Position numbers and translations under genes: made by a program. A DNA stretch of 32,000 nucleotides from Copranaerobaculum intestinale. GTDB taxonomy: Bacteria; Bacillota_I; Bacilli_A; Erysipelotrichales; Erysipelotrichaceae. The notes under the pieces are model-generated. The model did no database searches and was not told the origin of the DNA. It saw only the letters and a list, made by a program, of their open reading frames with translations. The stretch lies in contig NZ_WUUQ01000001.1 in NCBI RefSeq assembly GCF_009831105.1, positions 420,001-452,000 on the forward strand, written 5' to 3'. Of the stretch, positions 1-8,899 are shown piece by piece. Position 1 is the stretch's first letter, and every line of letters begins with the position of its first letter.

Positions 1-2
1 AA

Positions 3-1073
3 GATAATGAAGCTTATACATTTTGTGTAAAGGAAATGATTGAAGGCTATGAATGTATCCGTACCAATAATATTGCGGCAAAATTTTTAAACCGCTTTGA
101 TCGTGATACCAAACAGCGAGAAGCGAGCCGACGTCGTTCAACTGCGCTGGAAATGAACAGCTTTAATACTTCCGGAATGCTGGGCGCCATATCCCAATGT
201 CTTTGCTTTCTGATTGGGGGTCTCTTGGTTATCCGCGGCGAGCTGACAGCGGGTATGCTGATGACAGCCGTTCAGCTGCTGAATTATGTAGTAAATCCGA
301 TTGCCAGCTTTTCCGAAATACTCACTTATATGAAAGGTGCAAAACCGATCATTGATAAAGTACAGACGTTCCTGCATCAAAATGAGGAGCGTGAAGACAA
401 GCAGCAGTCTCTGGATCTGGCCGATGAATGGAATCTCTCTTATCAAAATGTGTCTTTCGGATATACCGAACGGCCGGTCATTGAAAACTTTAGTGATACC
501 TTCAGTGCCGGTCAGAAATATGCCATCATCGGCACCAGCGGCTGCGGTAAATCAACCGTTACTCGTCTGCTGATGCAGTATTATCAAGATTATCAAGGAA
601 CCATTCAAATCGGTCATCAGTCAGCTTCCAGAATTCGTAAGCAGGATATCTATGATCTGATTTCAGTTGTTCACCAGAATACCTTTATTTTCAATGACAC
701 AATTTTAAACAATATCACAATGTACCGTGATTATGATGAACAGCTGGTACAGAGCGTGATTGATAAAGTAAATTTGACAGAACTCATGAAGGCCCATGGC
801 AATGAACCGATCGGGGATTTCGGACGAAGCATTTCCGGAGGTGAAAAGCAGCGCATTGCGATTGCCCGCGCCTTACTGAAGCAGTCCAGAGTGATTATCT
901 TTGATGAAGCATGTGCTTCTCTTGATCCCAATAATGCACATATGATCAATGATCTAATCTTCTCATTGCAGGATATTCTGTGTATTGTGGTAACCCATGA
1001 CTGGACACCGGCATTCCTTGAGCGTTTCCATCGAGTGATAAAGATGGATCAGGCTTGTCAGTCCATTGCGTAA
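3..1073 (+). CDS. ABC exporter, fused permease/ATP-binding protein (3' part; 5' end lies outside the window)
   Basis: The frame is open from the window edge, with no in-frame stop between nt 3 and the listed ATG at 36. NBD motifs present: GTSGCGKST (Walker A), ISGGEKQRIAIARAL (signature), VIIFDEA (Walker B), VVTHD (H-loop). The hydrophobic segment LCFLIGGLLVIRGELTAGMLM precedes the NBD, as in exporter TMDs. Confidence 0.85.
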   Translation, partial: DNEAYTFCVKEMIEGYECIRTNNIAAKFLNRFDRDTKQREASRRRSTALEMNSFNTSGMLGAISQCLCFLIGGLLVIRGELTAGMLMTAVQLLNYVVNPIASFSEILTYMKGAKPIIDKVQTFLHQNEEREDKQQSLDLADEWNLSYQNVSFGYTERPVIENFSDTFSAGQKYAIIGTSGCGKSTVTRLLMQYYQDYQGTIQIGHQSASRIRKQDIYDLISVVHQNTFIFNDTILNNITMYRDYDEQLVQSVIDKVNLTELMKAHGNEPIGDFGRSISGGEKQRIAIARALLKQSRVIIFDEACASLDPNNAHMINDLIFSLQDILCIVVTHDWTPAFLERFHRVIKMDQACQSIA

Positions 1074-1076
1074 AGA

Positions 1077-1100
1077 GAAAGCGGCGCTGCCGCTTTTTTT
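1077..1100 (+). terminator. Intrinsic terminator after the ABC exporter gene
   Basis: Hairpin AAAGCGGC-gct-GCCGCTTT followed by a T-run, starting 4 nt after the stop codon. Confidence 0.7.
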
Positions 1101-1109
1101 ATGCGGAGG

Positions 1110-1139
1110 CAGACAGAAAGCAGAACTTTGTAGTATAAT
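1110..1139 (+). promoter_or_regulatory. Candidate sigma-A promoter for the zinc-ribbon/RDD-PHP operon
   Basis: CAGACA (1110-1115), 18 nt spacer, TATAAT (1134-1139). It lies between the upstream terminator and the SD AGGAG at 1147-1151. Confidence 0.4.
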
Positions 1140-1160
1140 GATAAACAGGAGCGTGGTAGT

Positions 1161-1469
1161 GTGCCGAAAATTATGAAGTGTCCGTCCTGCGGATCAGATA
1201 TCAAAGCTTCTTTTGTCAAAGGCGCAGTCCATCTTCGCTGTAAAAACTGTGAAGCAAAGTATGAAATGACCCAGAGCAGTGTGAAAAAGCATATGGCTGT
1301 ACCGCTGCTTTCGGTAGGAATCAGCGTTGCTCTCAGCATGCAGATCTTTCCCCGTGATAATATCGATTTGAAATTTTTGTTTATCGTTGGTCTGTCCTTT
1401 CTGCTGGCGATGATCGCGGATTGTCTGCTGGTACGGTTTGGTATCATCACATATGAAAAAGAGAATTGA
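1161..1469 (+). CDS. Small zinc-ribbon membrane protein (hypothetical)
   Basis: GTG start 9 nt after AGGAG. The N-terminus has two CxxC pairs (CPSC ... CKNC). Two hydrophobic helices follow (AVPLLSVGISVALSM; FLFIVGLSFLLAMIADCLLV). The stop lies 9 nt before the next ATG. Confidence 0.6.
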   Translation: MPKIMKCPSCGSDIKASFVKGAVHLRCKNCEAKYEMTQSSVKKHMAVPLLSVGISVALSMQIFPRDNIDLKFLFIVGLSFLLAMIADCLLVRFGIITYEKEN

Positions 1470-1477
1470 GGTGCTTT

Positions 1478-3010
1478 ATGGAAAATTCAGGAATTGATAA
1501 CTATACATGGAAAGAGATTCTGACGATCTTCTTTAAACAGCGTTCTCGTCATTATGAAAAAGAGGGACGCTATTTTATCTCAAGAGTAACTTATAAAGAT
1601 ATCGGAAAACGTTTTGTCAGTGTACTGATCGACTGTTCCGTGATGTTTTTTCCGATCTATCTGTGGCTGATTGTCGTTTTATTGATTTTTTCTGATATTC
1701 TTCCGGCTTCCCTTTTGCCGGTCGTACAGATTATCGAGCTGGGTCTGATGATTGTATCCCTGCTGTTTTTCTATCCGCTGATGGTGGTGAAAATGAACGG
1801 TGAATCACTTGGTCGATATATGTGTAATTTTAAAATTGTGCGTAGAGATGGTCATGAAGCCAGCGGTAAAGTCCTCTATCTGCGTGAGGCAATCGGTAAA
1901 GGCCTTCCGATCTTTGTTTTGAGTATACTGCTGGGAGCGCTTGGTGTGTTCATCTGGCCTGCAGTTAATCTGCTGGTTATGCTGGTCGATCCCAATCATC
2001 GCAGCCTGGCTGATTTTTTCTTGGGAACACGTCCGGTTGTCTTGCTGGAGGTTCCCGCAAATGCGAAGATCAAGCAGGTAAAGGAAGCGATCAGACAGCC
2101 GGAGTCGCTGCTGAAAAAGAGCGTCAACAAAGTGGATCTCCACATGCATACTACCTTTAGTGATGACGGCGAATTCAATGTTGAGGAAATTTTTCAGTTG
2201 GCAAAGCGCCGTGGTGTAGAAACGATATCGATCACCGATCACAATAGCGCTAAGGCAAATGTGATTGCGGAGCGAATGTCAAAATTATATGATATTCGTT
2301 ATATACCTGGAATTGAAATCGACTGTGTGTACCATGGCAGGAATATGCATATGCTGGGCTACTACATTGATTATAAGAGTGAAATGTTTGCCAAGATCGA
2401 AAATCAGAATCTGAAACGCGAACGTGATGCAAGTATGAAGCGAGTCATGAACTTTGAAGAATACACCGGTATGAAGATCGATGTCGATGCTCTGCTGGCG
2501 AACAACCGTTTCCAGACCATTGCCGGCGAACAAATTGCCGAACAGGCAATGAACAACCCAAAATATCGAAACAACCCGTTATTTGATCCATATTTGCACG
2601 GAGATCGAAGTGACATGCCTTATGTAAATTTCTATTGGGATTATTTCTCGCAAGGTAAGCCGTGCTATGTTCCGATCCAGTATCCGGATGTGAAAGTAAT
2701 TATGCAGATGATCAAGGTGACTGGAGGATTATCAGTCATTGCTCATCCTTACTGTAACTTCAAGGATGATATTTCGGTTATCGAGGATTTGTTAGAGCTT
2801 GGGGCAGATGGTGTAGAGGTATTCAGTTCTTATCATACCAATCGTCAGATGTCCGAGCTGCTTCAAATTGCCCGGCGGCATGATGCTTATATAACTGCCG
2901 GAAGTGATTTCCATGGCAAGGTAAAGCCAAAAATTCAGATCGGTGATACCGGATGTCCGATCGACGGTGAAAAAATCTTGAACCGTTTTCTGCAATTTAA
3001 AGAAAAATAA
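1478..3010 (+). CDS. RDD-family membrane domain fused to a PHP-family phosphoesterase
   Basis: I prefer the ATG at 1478 (GAGG 7 nt upstream) over the TTG at 1466. The N-terminal half is RDD-like (IGKRFVSVLIDCSVMF ... FKIVRRDGHEASG ... DPNHRSLADFFLGTRPV) with several hydrophobic helices. The C-terminal half carries PHP motifs DLHMHT, ITDHNS, GIEID, IAHPY, GSDFHG. Confidence 0.8.
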   Translation: MENSGIDNYTWKEILTIFFKQRSRHYEKEGRYFISRVTYKDIGKRFVSVLIDCSVMFFPIYLWLIVVLLIFSDILPASLLPVVQIIELGLMIVSLLFFYPLMVVKMNGESLGRYMCNFKIVRRDGHEASGKVLYLREAIGKGLPIFVLSILLGALGVFIWPAVNLLVMLVDPNHRSLADFFLGTRPVVLLEVPANAKIKQVKEAIRQPESLLKKSVNKVDLHMHTTFSDDGEFNVEEIFQLAKRRGVETISITDHNSAKANVIAERMSKLYDIRYIPGIEIDCVYHGRNMHMLGYYIDYKSEMFAKIENQNLKRERDASMKRVMNFEEYTGMKIDVDALLANNRFQTIAGEQIAEQAMNNPKYRNNPLFDPYLHGDRSDMPYVNFYWDYFSQGKPCYVPIQYPDVKVIMQMIKVTGGLSVIAHPYCNFKDDISVIEDLLELGADGVEVFSSYHTNRQMSELLQIARRHDAYITAGSDFHGKVKPKIQIGDTGCPIDGEKILNRFLQFKEK

Positions 3011-3014
3011 TATT

Positions 3015-3082
3015 AAAAAACTGTGTAAGCGATAGACCTGTTGTCTTTTAACAAGGACGCTATCGAACCTGCACAGTTTTTT
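3015..3082. terminator. Long bidirectional terminator between convergent genes
   Basis: Outer arms AAAAAACTGTG (3015-3025) and CACAGTTTTTT (3072-3082) enclose further internal pairing (GCGATAG/CTATCG). There are A/T runs on both sides. Confidence 0.65.
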
Positions 3083-3206
3083 ATTTTCTAACCATCATAT
3101 CATTGAGTATTTCTTACTGAATAGTTTAAATCGGATGAATGAAACAGATGTTTTTTCGACAAAATCCTCGCAGAAACCCGATTATTATATGGGTAGGAAT
3201 GTTTCG

Positions 3207-3770
3207 TTATTCATCGTCAGGCTGATCCTGCCCGGTAATTGCGTAATGGAAAGCGGCATTGTCTTCGATGATGCGAAATGTTCCATCCTCTCCCTTTTCT
3301 AATAACACCGTAACTGTCTGAGTACGCTTATCCGCGTCTTTTAATAACTTTTTTGCTTTCTTCATGACCAGTCCGTTCAGGGTCGCGCTGTCTAGACCAA
3401 TATTGTTTGGATCAGCGATTACAGCAGCCTGTGCTGCTTGGAGAATGCTTTGGTAATCAGAGTTGGTAATGTTCACTTTTACCGCAGCTCGATGCTTACT
3501 GCTGTCATAGCTTTCACCACGAATGGCATATTTTAGATTGGAAAACATCAGTTTTTTTAAATCATCAGCGGTATATCCGGAGGCGGCGAAATTATCTTCA
3601 TCGTATACTTCACCGGTAATTTCAGCGGCGCCTTTCAGATCCAGCTTGCTTAATTTGGTGAGATAGTCATTGACTGTCTGCATTGCATTATATTCATTGT
3701 CCTCGCCGTGACAGCCGACAAGAGTAACGAGCATGAATAAACAGCAGAGAGCGGGTAATAATTTTTTCAT
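3207..3770 (-). CDS. Lipoprotein (hypothetical)
   Basis: The internal ATG at 3770 is preceded by GGAGGGATCTCC. The signal peptide plus lipobox is MKKLLPALCCLFMLVTLVGC. The longer ORF to 3854 has no SD and would overlap the divergent gene. Confidence 0.75.
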   Translation of the reverse strand: MKKLLPALCCLFMLVTLVGCHGEDNEYNAMQTVNDYLTKLSKLDLKGAAEITGEVYDEDNFAASGYTADDLKKLMFSNLKYAIRGESYDSSKHRAAVKVNITNSDYQSILQAAQAAVIADPNNIGLDSATLNGLVMKKAKKLLKDADKRTQTVTVLLEKGEDGTFRIIEDNAAFHYAITGQDQPDDE

Positions 3771-3831
3771 GGAGATCCCTCCTTGAGACCATTTTAGCAC
3801 AACTGATGTTTCAAAAAAAGAGGAGCAAATT

Positions 3832-4347
3832 ATGGAAGAAAAAAAGCAAAGCAATCATTCTCAGAAAATGATGATGATCTTAAATTATGTATATGATATG
3901 ATCGGTATCCTCATGCCCATCACGCTGTTTATCGATTCTTTCATTTTAGTGTTTGGCAATGTGATATCCTTTACGGTGCTGGAAATCATCATGTACTGGA
4001 TGTTTCCGGTATTGTTGATATCCCTGTTGGGATTTAACTTGTTTTTGATTATTCGCTATGGCGGTACCTGCGGTAATCTGCTGCTCCATCTATCCTTGTA
4101 TCAGGAAAATCAGATACCGGCATCAATAACCGTAAAATGTCGGAGAGAGCTGTTGGAAAAGGCAGTTCCGTTTGTGGGACTGTATCTGCTGTTTCATACA
4201 TTTGGTGTACTGCTGTATTTTTTCTTCTGTATCTTGTTTATCCTCGTCGATCGTCATCATCGCTCCTGGGTGGATGTTCTGCTGCATACCCGACTTTCCG
4301 GTAAAGTCCGTATAGAACAAGAAGAGCGCATTGTGATTCAGATTTAG
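3832..4347 (+). CDS. RDD-like polytopic membrane protein (hypothetical)
   Basis: SD GAGGAG lies 6 nt before the ATG. Multiple hydrophobic helices. RDD-like blocks IRYGGTCGNLLLHLSL, CRRELLEKAVPF and the C-terminal DRHHRSWVDVLLHTRL parallel DPNHRSLADFFLGTRP and DRKGRMLHDFIGSTKV in the two other RDD proteins of this window. Confidence 0.55.
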   Translation: MEEKKQSNHSQKMMMILNYVYDMIGILMPITLFIDSFILVFGNVISFTVLEIIMYWMFPVLLISLLGFNLFLIIRYGGTCGNLLLHLSLYQENQIPASITVKCRRELLEKAVPFVGLYLLFHTFGVLLYFFFCILFILVDRHHRSWVDVLLHTRLSGKVRIEQEERIVIQI

Positions 4348-4350
4348 TAC

Positions 4351-4379
4351 TTGTCAACTGCATGAGGATTCTATATAAT
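4351..4379 (+). promoter_or_regulatory. Sigma-A promoter of the metG leader
   Basis: TTGTCA (4351-4356), 17 nt spacer, TATAAT (4374-4379). Confidence 0.6.
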
Positions 4380-4384
4380 ATAGG

Positions 4385-4610
4385 CTGTAAAGGTTATGAA
4401 GGGAAGAGTAAGATCTATGTGCTTGACAGAGAGTCAGCAGCTGGTGGAAGCTGACAGGCGGCAGGATCAGAAAATGGACCCGGAACTGTTTATCCGATAC
4501 AGTAGGATAAAACGCACCTCAGCGTTAGCGAGTAAGATGCGTATTTGATTATGCATGAATAAAGGTGGTACCACGAGCTCTCGTCCTTTGCGGGAGCTTT
4601 TATTTATATA
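4385..4610 (+). promoter_or_regulatory. T-box riboswitch leader, Met (AUG) specifier
   Basis: Stem I elements GGGAAGAGTA, AGAGAG and GGTGGAA are present. The candidate specifier AUG is at 4474-4476 (GAAAATGGAC). The conserved T-box sequence AAAGGTGGTACCACG is at 4561-4575. A terminator hairpin AGCTCTCG...CGGGAGCT plus T-run sits just before the metG SD. Confidence 0.85.
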
Positions 4611-4622
4611 AGGAGGAATTTT

Positions 4623-6605
4623 ATGAGTGAAAAAGGAAATTATTACATCACAACCGCAATCGCCTATACATCGGGCCGTCCTCATATCGGAAATACATAT
4701 GAAATTATCCTGACAGACGCAATAGCCAGGTATCGCAGAGAACAGGGATATAATGTATTTTTTCAGACCGGTACCGATGAGCATGGTCAAAAGATCGAGG
4801 AAAAGGCAAAAGAAGCAGGAATCACACCAAAACAGTTCGTGGATGATATAGCGGGAAGTATCCGTAAAAATTTTGATATGATGAATACATCCTATGACTA
4901 TTTTGTCCGTACAACGGATGAGGGTCATGTGAAACAGGTACAGAAAATCTTTAAAAAGCTGTACGATCAGGGTGATATTTACAAAGGTAAATACGAAGGC
5001 ATGTACTGTACGCCTTGTGAATCCTTCTGGACAGAGAGTCAGCTGATTGATGGGAAATGTCCGGACTGTGGGCGTCCGGTGCAGAAGGCTAGTGAAGAAG
5101 CGTATTTCTTCAAAATGAATAAGTATACCGATCGTCTGATCAAACATATTGAGGACAATCCGGAATTCATTCAGCCGGAATCGCGTAAGAACGAAATGCT
5201 GAATAACTTTCTGAAGCCGGGGCTTCAGGATTTGTGTGTCAGCCGAACCTCCTTTACTTGGGGTATTCCGGTAGATTTTGATAATAAGCATGTGGTATAT
5301 GTGTGGATTGATGCGCTGTCCAACTATATCACTTCATTGGGCTATGATGCGGATGGAAATCACGGGGATAATTTTAAGAAATTCTGGCCTGCCGATGTGC
5401 ATATCATCGGGAAAGATATTTTACGCTTTCACACCATTTATTGGCCGATCATGCTGATGGCTCTTGATCTGCCGCTTCCGAAACAGGTATTCGGACATCC
5501 TTGGCTGCTGGTCGGGGACGGCAAAATGTCAAAGTCGAAGGGCAATGCGATTTATGCCGATGAGCTGGTTCATTACTTCGGGGTTGATGCAGTTCGTTAT
5601 TTCTGCCTGCATGAAATGCCGTTTGCCCAGGATGGGACGATTACCTGGGAATTGATGATTGAACGAATCAATTCTGATCTTGCCAATATATTGGGAAATT
5701 TGGTAAGCCGTACGCTGTCTATGCAGAATAAGTATTTTGACGGTGTTGTCAGCAATCCCAAGGCTTATGAGGCTATCGATCAAGAGTTGATTGACATAGC
5801 GAAGGATACTGTTAAGCGGGTTGATGAGAAGATGAATGAGCTGAGGGTCGGAGATGCGATTGATGAAATCTTTACCCTGTTACGAAGATCCAATAAGTAC
5901 ATTGATGAAACGACGCCGTGGGCGCTGGGTAAGGATGAATCAAAACAGGATCGTTTGGCAACAGTGCTGTATAATCTGTTGGAAAGTATCCGAATTGCGG
6001 CGGTGCTGCTGAAGAGCTTCATTCCGGAAACCGCTGAAAAGATTTTGAAGGAGCTGCATACCAATCAAACGGAACATGAGAGTATTCGTGAATTTGGCGC
6101 ATTGGAATGTGGTATAATAGTAGAAACGAAGCCGGAAATATTATTTGCCCGTATTGACGCAGCGAAAATGCTGGAACAGATTGAAAGTGATCACAGCCGC
6201 GCTGCTGAAGAAAAGGCAAAGGCAGAGGCAAAAAAAGCGAAGGAAACCAAACAGGAGGAAGAAACTATGGCGAAGGATTTGATTAAGATTGATGATTTTG
6301 ACAAAATTGAATTGAAGATTGGTAAAATTTTAAAATGTGAAAAACATCCGAATGCGGATCGTTTGTTAGTATTTCAGATTGATTTAGGAGAAGAACAGCG
6401 CCAGATCGTCTCCAGCATCGCAGAATTCTTTACATGCGAGGAACTGGTTGGCAAAAATGTGGTGGTTGTTACGAACCTGAAGCCGGCTAAATTCCGCGGT
6501 TTGGAATCAAACGGCATGCTGCTGTGCGCATCTACACCAAATGATGAACAGCTGGATCTGCTGACGATTGCACGTGATCTGCCGGCTGGGACAAACGTCG
6601 ATTAA
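4623..6605 (+). CDS. metG: Methionine--tRNA ligase with C-terminal tRNA-binding (Trbp111/EMAP-like) domain
   Basis: HIGH-type motif GRPHIGN, KMSKS motif, zinc knuckles CTPCE...CPDCG. The C-terminal block IDDFDKIELKIGKILKCEKHPNADRLLVFQIDLGE is typical of the appended tRNA-binding domain. AAGGAGG SD. Confidence 0.97.
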   Translation: MSEKGNYYITTAIAYTSGRPHIGNTYEIILTDAIARYRREQGYNVFFQTGTDEHGQKIEEKAKEAGITPKQFVDDIAGSIRKNFDMMNTSYDYFVRTTDEGHVKQVQKIFKKLYDQGDIYKGKYEGMYCTPCESFWTESQLIDGKCPDCGRPVQKASEEAYFFKMNKYTDRLIKHIEDNPEFIQPESRKNEMLNNFLKPGLQDLCVSRTSFTWGIPVDFDNKHVVYVWIDALSNYITSLGYDADGNHGDNFKKFWPADVHIIGKDILRFHTIYWPIMLMALDLPLPKQVFGHPWLLVGDGKMSKSKGNAIYADELVHYFGVDAVRYFCLHEMPFAQDGTITWELMIERINSDLANILGNLVSRTLSMQNKYFDGVVSNPKAYEAIDQELIDIAKDTVKRVDEKMNELRVGDAIDEIFTLLRRSNKYIDETTPWALGKDESKQDRLATVLYNLLESIRIAAVLLKSFIPETAEKILKELHTNQTEHESIREFGALECGIIVETKPEILFARIDAAKMLEQIESDHSRAAEEKAKAEAKKAKETKQEEETMAKDLIKIDDFDKIELKIGKILKCEKHPNADRLLVFQIDLGEEQRQIVSSIAEFFTCEELVGKNVVVVTNLKPAKFRGLESNGMLLCASTPNDEQLDLLTIARDLPAGTNVD

Positions 6606-6626
6606 ACGTTAGAAAGAGGCGATATT

Positions 6627-6827
6627 GTGAATAAGATTGTATTACGGAATATAGTGGTTTACATTGTCCTGATCGGAATCGGCTGTTATCTGCTAGTATG
6701 TGGTGCATCTCTGTCAAAACAATATCCATATGCGATGCCTGTGATCGGCGGTATTTTGATCGTCATGGGCATATTCAGAATTATCGTTTATCTGAAAATA
6801 GTAAAGCATGATGATTTAAATGAGTGA
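6627..6827 (+). CDS. Small two-helix membrane protein (hypothetical)
   Basis: GTG start preceded by AGAGG. Two hydrophobic helices. It lies between metG and the terminator at 6845, so it would be co-transcribed with metG. Confidence 0.45.
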   Translation: MNKIVLRNIVVYIVLIGIGCYLLVCGASLSKQYPYAMPVIGGILIVMGIFRIIVYLKIVKHDDLNE

Positions 6828-6844
6828 TACTTCTATGAGTAACG

Positions 6845-6875
6845 AAAAGATTTCGCTGATGCGGAGTCTTTTTTT
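6845..6875 (+). terminator. Intrinsic terminator of the metG unit
   Basis: Arms AAAAGATTTCGC and GCGGAGTCTTTT form 12 bp including 2 G-U pairs, with loop TGAT and a T-run. Confidence 0.65.
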
Positions 6876-6918
6876 CATAACTTGAAGTCGCGGGAAGCTT
6901 AGGAAATCGCAATCCATT

Positions 6919-6947
6919 TTGATAATTCTATCAGAAAGTAATATAAT
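6919..6947 (+). promoter_or_regulatory. Sigma-A promoter of the diguanylate cyclase gene
   Basis: TTGATA (6919-6924), exactly 17 nt spacer, TATAAT (6942-6947). Confidence 0.65.
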
Positions 6948-6992
6948 GATTATGATAATATGAAAAAGCAGAATTTATCTATCGGAGATTAT

Positions 6993-8807
6993 ATGAAAAG
7001 CAGAAAACGGGAATTTATGATTTTCACTTTCATTATACTTGCGGCAGGAGCCTTGATATGGGGCTCATTGTTTGAGTTTTCCTATCGTGTCAATGCGAAG
7101 CTGAAAAAGCACGCTTATCAAACCCTGGAGAATGCGGCAAAGGATCAAAGTGAAGCAGTAAATATGAGAATTGAAGGAAAATTTACACAGCTTAACGCGA
7201 TGGCAGATTTTCTCAGTGATAAGGCAGGCATCACACTGGAAGAAGTAAAGCAAATACTGACTTCTACGGTTAAGAAAGGGTCTTTCATTCGTATATCGGT
7301 GTCAGATATCGACGGGAAAAGCTATAGTACAGATAATCATGAGATTGATGCGAAAAGCAGAGAATATTTCCAAAATGCCATGAAAGGGGAGAACTACATC
7401 AGCGATCAGCTGGTTTCACAGGTAGACAAAGAGAAATGCATTATCCTTTCGGTTCCCGTGTACGATCCCAATGATCCTAATAAGATCAACGGTGTGCTGA
7501 ATGGTGTATTGCATGTGGAATCCATTCATCTTCAGCTCTTCGGTAAGGAAATGGATAATCATGATTATGTGATTTTGACTGATGGTAAAGGCAATGTCAT
7601 ATCCTCAGCTAATAATAAAGGACGTTTGGATCACAACAATATCCTAGTGGATATGAAGCAGTATGATGAAACACAAACAACCGTTTTGAAAAAGCAAATG
7701 AAGCTGGGGAAAAGCGGTAATTTCGCATTTGATCTGGCTGGTAAAACCCAATATCTAAATTATACGCCGCTGGGTATTCACGACTGGTATATCTTTACTC
7801 TCGTTCCAGAATCTGCGGTGCGTACACAGTTTCGTTTTATCTCTGATCAAGTGTATTTTTTGACGATTAAGCTTTTATCTATATTCCTTTTTCTGCTTGC
7901 CTTTTTCACGTTTATGGATCGCCGGCAAACAAAGCGGCTGAAAGAAGAAAAGGAGCGCCTGCGCCTGAGTGATGAACGTTATCGTATCCTGTCTGAAAAG
8001 AGCCGAGATATTTTGTTTGAAGCTGATTGTCAAAAAGGTACGATTGAAATCGGTGATAATTATATTGAGATATTTAATGATTTAAACGGTAAATTGATTC
8101 ATATGGATACGGGAAAGGCATGTATTCCCGAACCCGATTGGCAAAGGCTTCAGCAGGTTTATAAGGAAATGCTGAAAAGCGGACAGGATATTAATATGGA
8201 TTTTCAGATTCAGTCAAAAGATAAGCAATTTGTATGGATGCGCATTATTGCCAGTGTACTGTACGATGAGCAGGGACAACCAAATCGAATTATCGGTAAG
8301 CTGACAAATATCGATGAAGAAAAAAAGAAAAATAATGAATTGGTGAAAAAGGCGGAGCTGGATTCTTTGACCGGTATTTATAACCGCCGTACGGCTGAGA
8401 TTTCCATTAATCAATATTTAAGAGGAGAAGGTTCCAATGGCTGTCATGCTTTGTTGATCCTGGATGTAGATGATTTTAAAAACATTAATGATACGTGCGG
8501 TCATCTGGTCGGAGATCAAACGCTAATTGATCTGGTGGCGAATGTCAGAAGCAATATTCGGAAAAGTGATATTCTCGGACGGATCGGCGGTGACGAATTT
8601 GTTGTATTTTTGAAAGATACCGCAAATGATGAGCAGATTTCATCTATTTCAAGAAAAATTTCACAGGCAATACTTAACACGCAAGATATGCCGATTACTA
8701 TAAGTGTCGGAGCTGCCCGCTACCCTGGTGACGGCATTGATTTTCAACAGCTCTATGGTCATGCGGATTCTGCAATGTATCATGAAAAGCGCCGGAATCG
8801 CCGCTGA
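6993..8807 (+). CDS. Diguanylate cyclase with extracytoplasmic Cache-like sensor, PAS and GGDEF domains
   Basis: GGDEF motif in RIGGDEFVVF. An RxxD I-site, RKSD, lies 5 residues upstream. Architecture: N-terminal TM helix, periplasmic-type domain, second TM (FLTIKLLSIFLFLLAFFTF), then a PAS-like segment. I prefer the ATG at 6993 (GGAG SD) because the ATG at 6960 is only about 6 nt from the predicted TSS. 6960 remains an alternative start. Confidence 0.9.
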   Translation: MKSRKREFMIFTFIILAAGALIWGSLFEFSYRVNAKLKKHAYQTLENAAKDQSEAVNMRIEGKFTQLNAMADFLSDKAGITLEEVKQILTSTVKKGSFIRISVSDIDGKSYSTDNHEIDAKSREYFQNAMKGENYISDQLVSQVDKEKCIILSVPVYDPNDPNKINGVLNGVLHVESIHLQLFGKEMDNHDYVILTDGKGNVISSANNKGRLDHNNILVDMKQYDETQTTVLKKQMKLGKSGNFAFDLAGKTQYLNYTPLGIHDWYIFTLVPESAVRTQFRFISDQVYFLTIKLLSIFLFLLAFFTFMDRRQTKRLKEEKERLRLSDERYRILSEKSRDILFEADCQKGTIEIGDNYIEIFNDLNGKLIHMDTGKACIPEPDWQRLQQVYKEMLKSGQDINMDFQIQSKDKQFVWMRIIASVLYDEQGQPNRIIGKLTNIDEEKKKNNELVKKAELDSLTGIYNRRTAEISINQYLRGEGSNGCHALLILDVDDFKNINDTCGHLVGDQTLIDLVANVRSNIRKSDILGRIGGDEFVVFLKDTANDEQISSISRKISQAILNTQDMPITISVGAARYPGDGIDFQQLYGHADSAMYHEKRRNRR

Positions 8808-8820
8808 TACAATAATGTGC

Positions 8821-8866
8821 AAACAAAATAAAACTATCGGTTTGATCCGATAGTTTTATTTTGTTT
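8821..8866. terminator. Bidirectional terminator (perfect 20-bp palindrome arms)
   Basis: AAACAAAATAAAACTATCGG, loop tttgat, CCGATAGTTTTATTTTGTTT. It lies between the convergent DGC and MutS-like genes. Confidence 0.8.
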
Positions 8867-8899
8867 TCTTGAATAGCTTTCTAAATTTCTAGTCCTTTT

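Noticed and set aside
1058-1450. 130-aa minus-strand ORF overlapping the zinc-ribbon gene
   Set aside because: It runs through the plus-strand terminator and promoter region. The plus-strand product has CxxC pairs, TM helices, an SD and operon context, and this ORF has none of these.
3771-3854. N-terminal extensions offered by the ORF track (lipoprotein to 3854; MutS-like A to 12221; small protein from 12221; mnmG from 12594; GH4 from 21757; BY-kinase from 28467; M14 from 20411; RDD-PHP from 1466)
   Set aside because: In each case an internal ATG with a good SD gives a canonical N-terminus (signal peptide, Rossmann start and so on). The extensions lack an SD and would overlap neighbouring genes or promoters.
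4467-5291. 274-aa ORF on the minus strand
   Set aside because: It lies antisense to the T-box leader and the 5' third of metG, which is unambiguous. It has no SD and no recognisable motifs, and its Leu/Ile/Phe/Arg-rich composition is typical of a shadow ORF.
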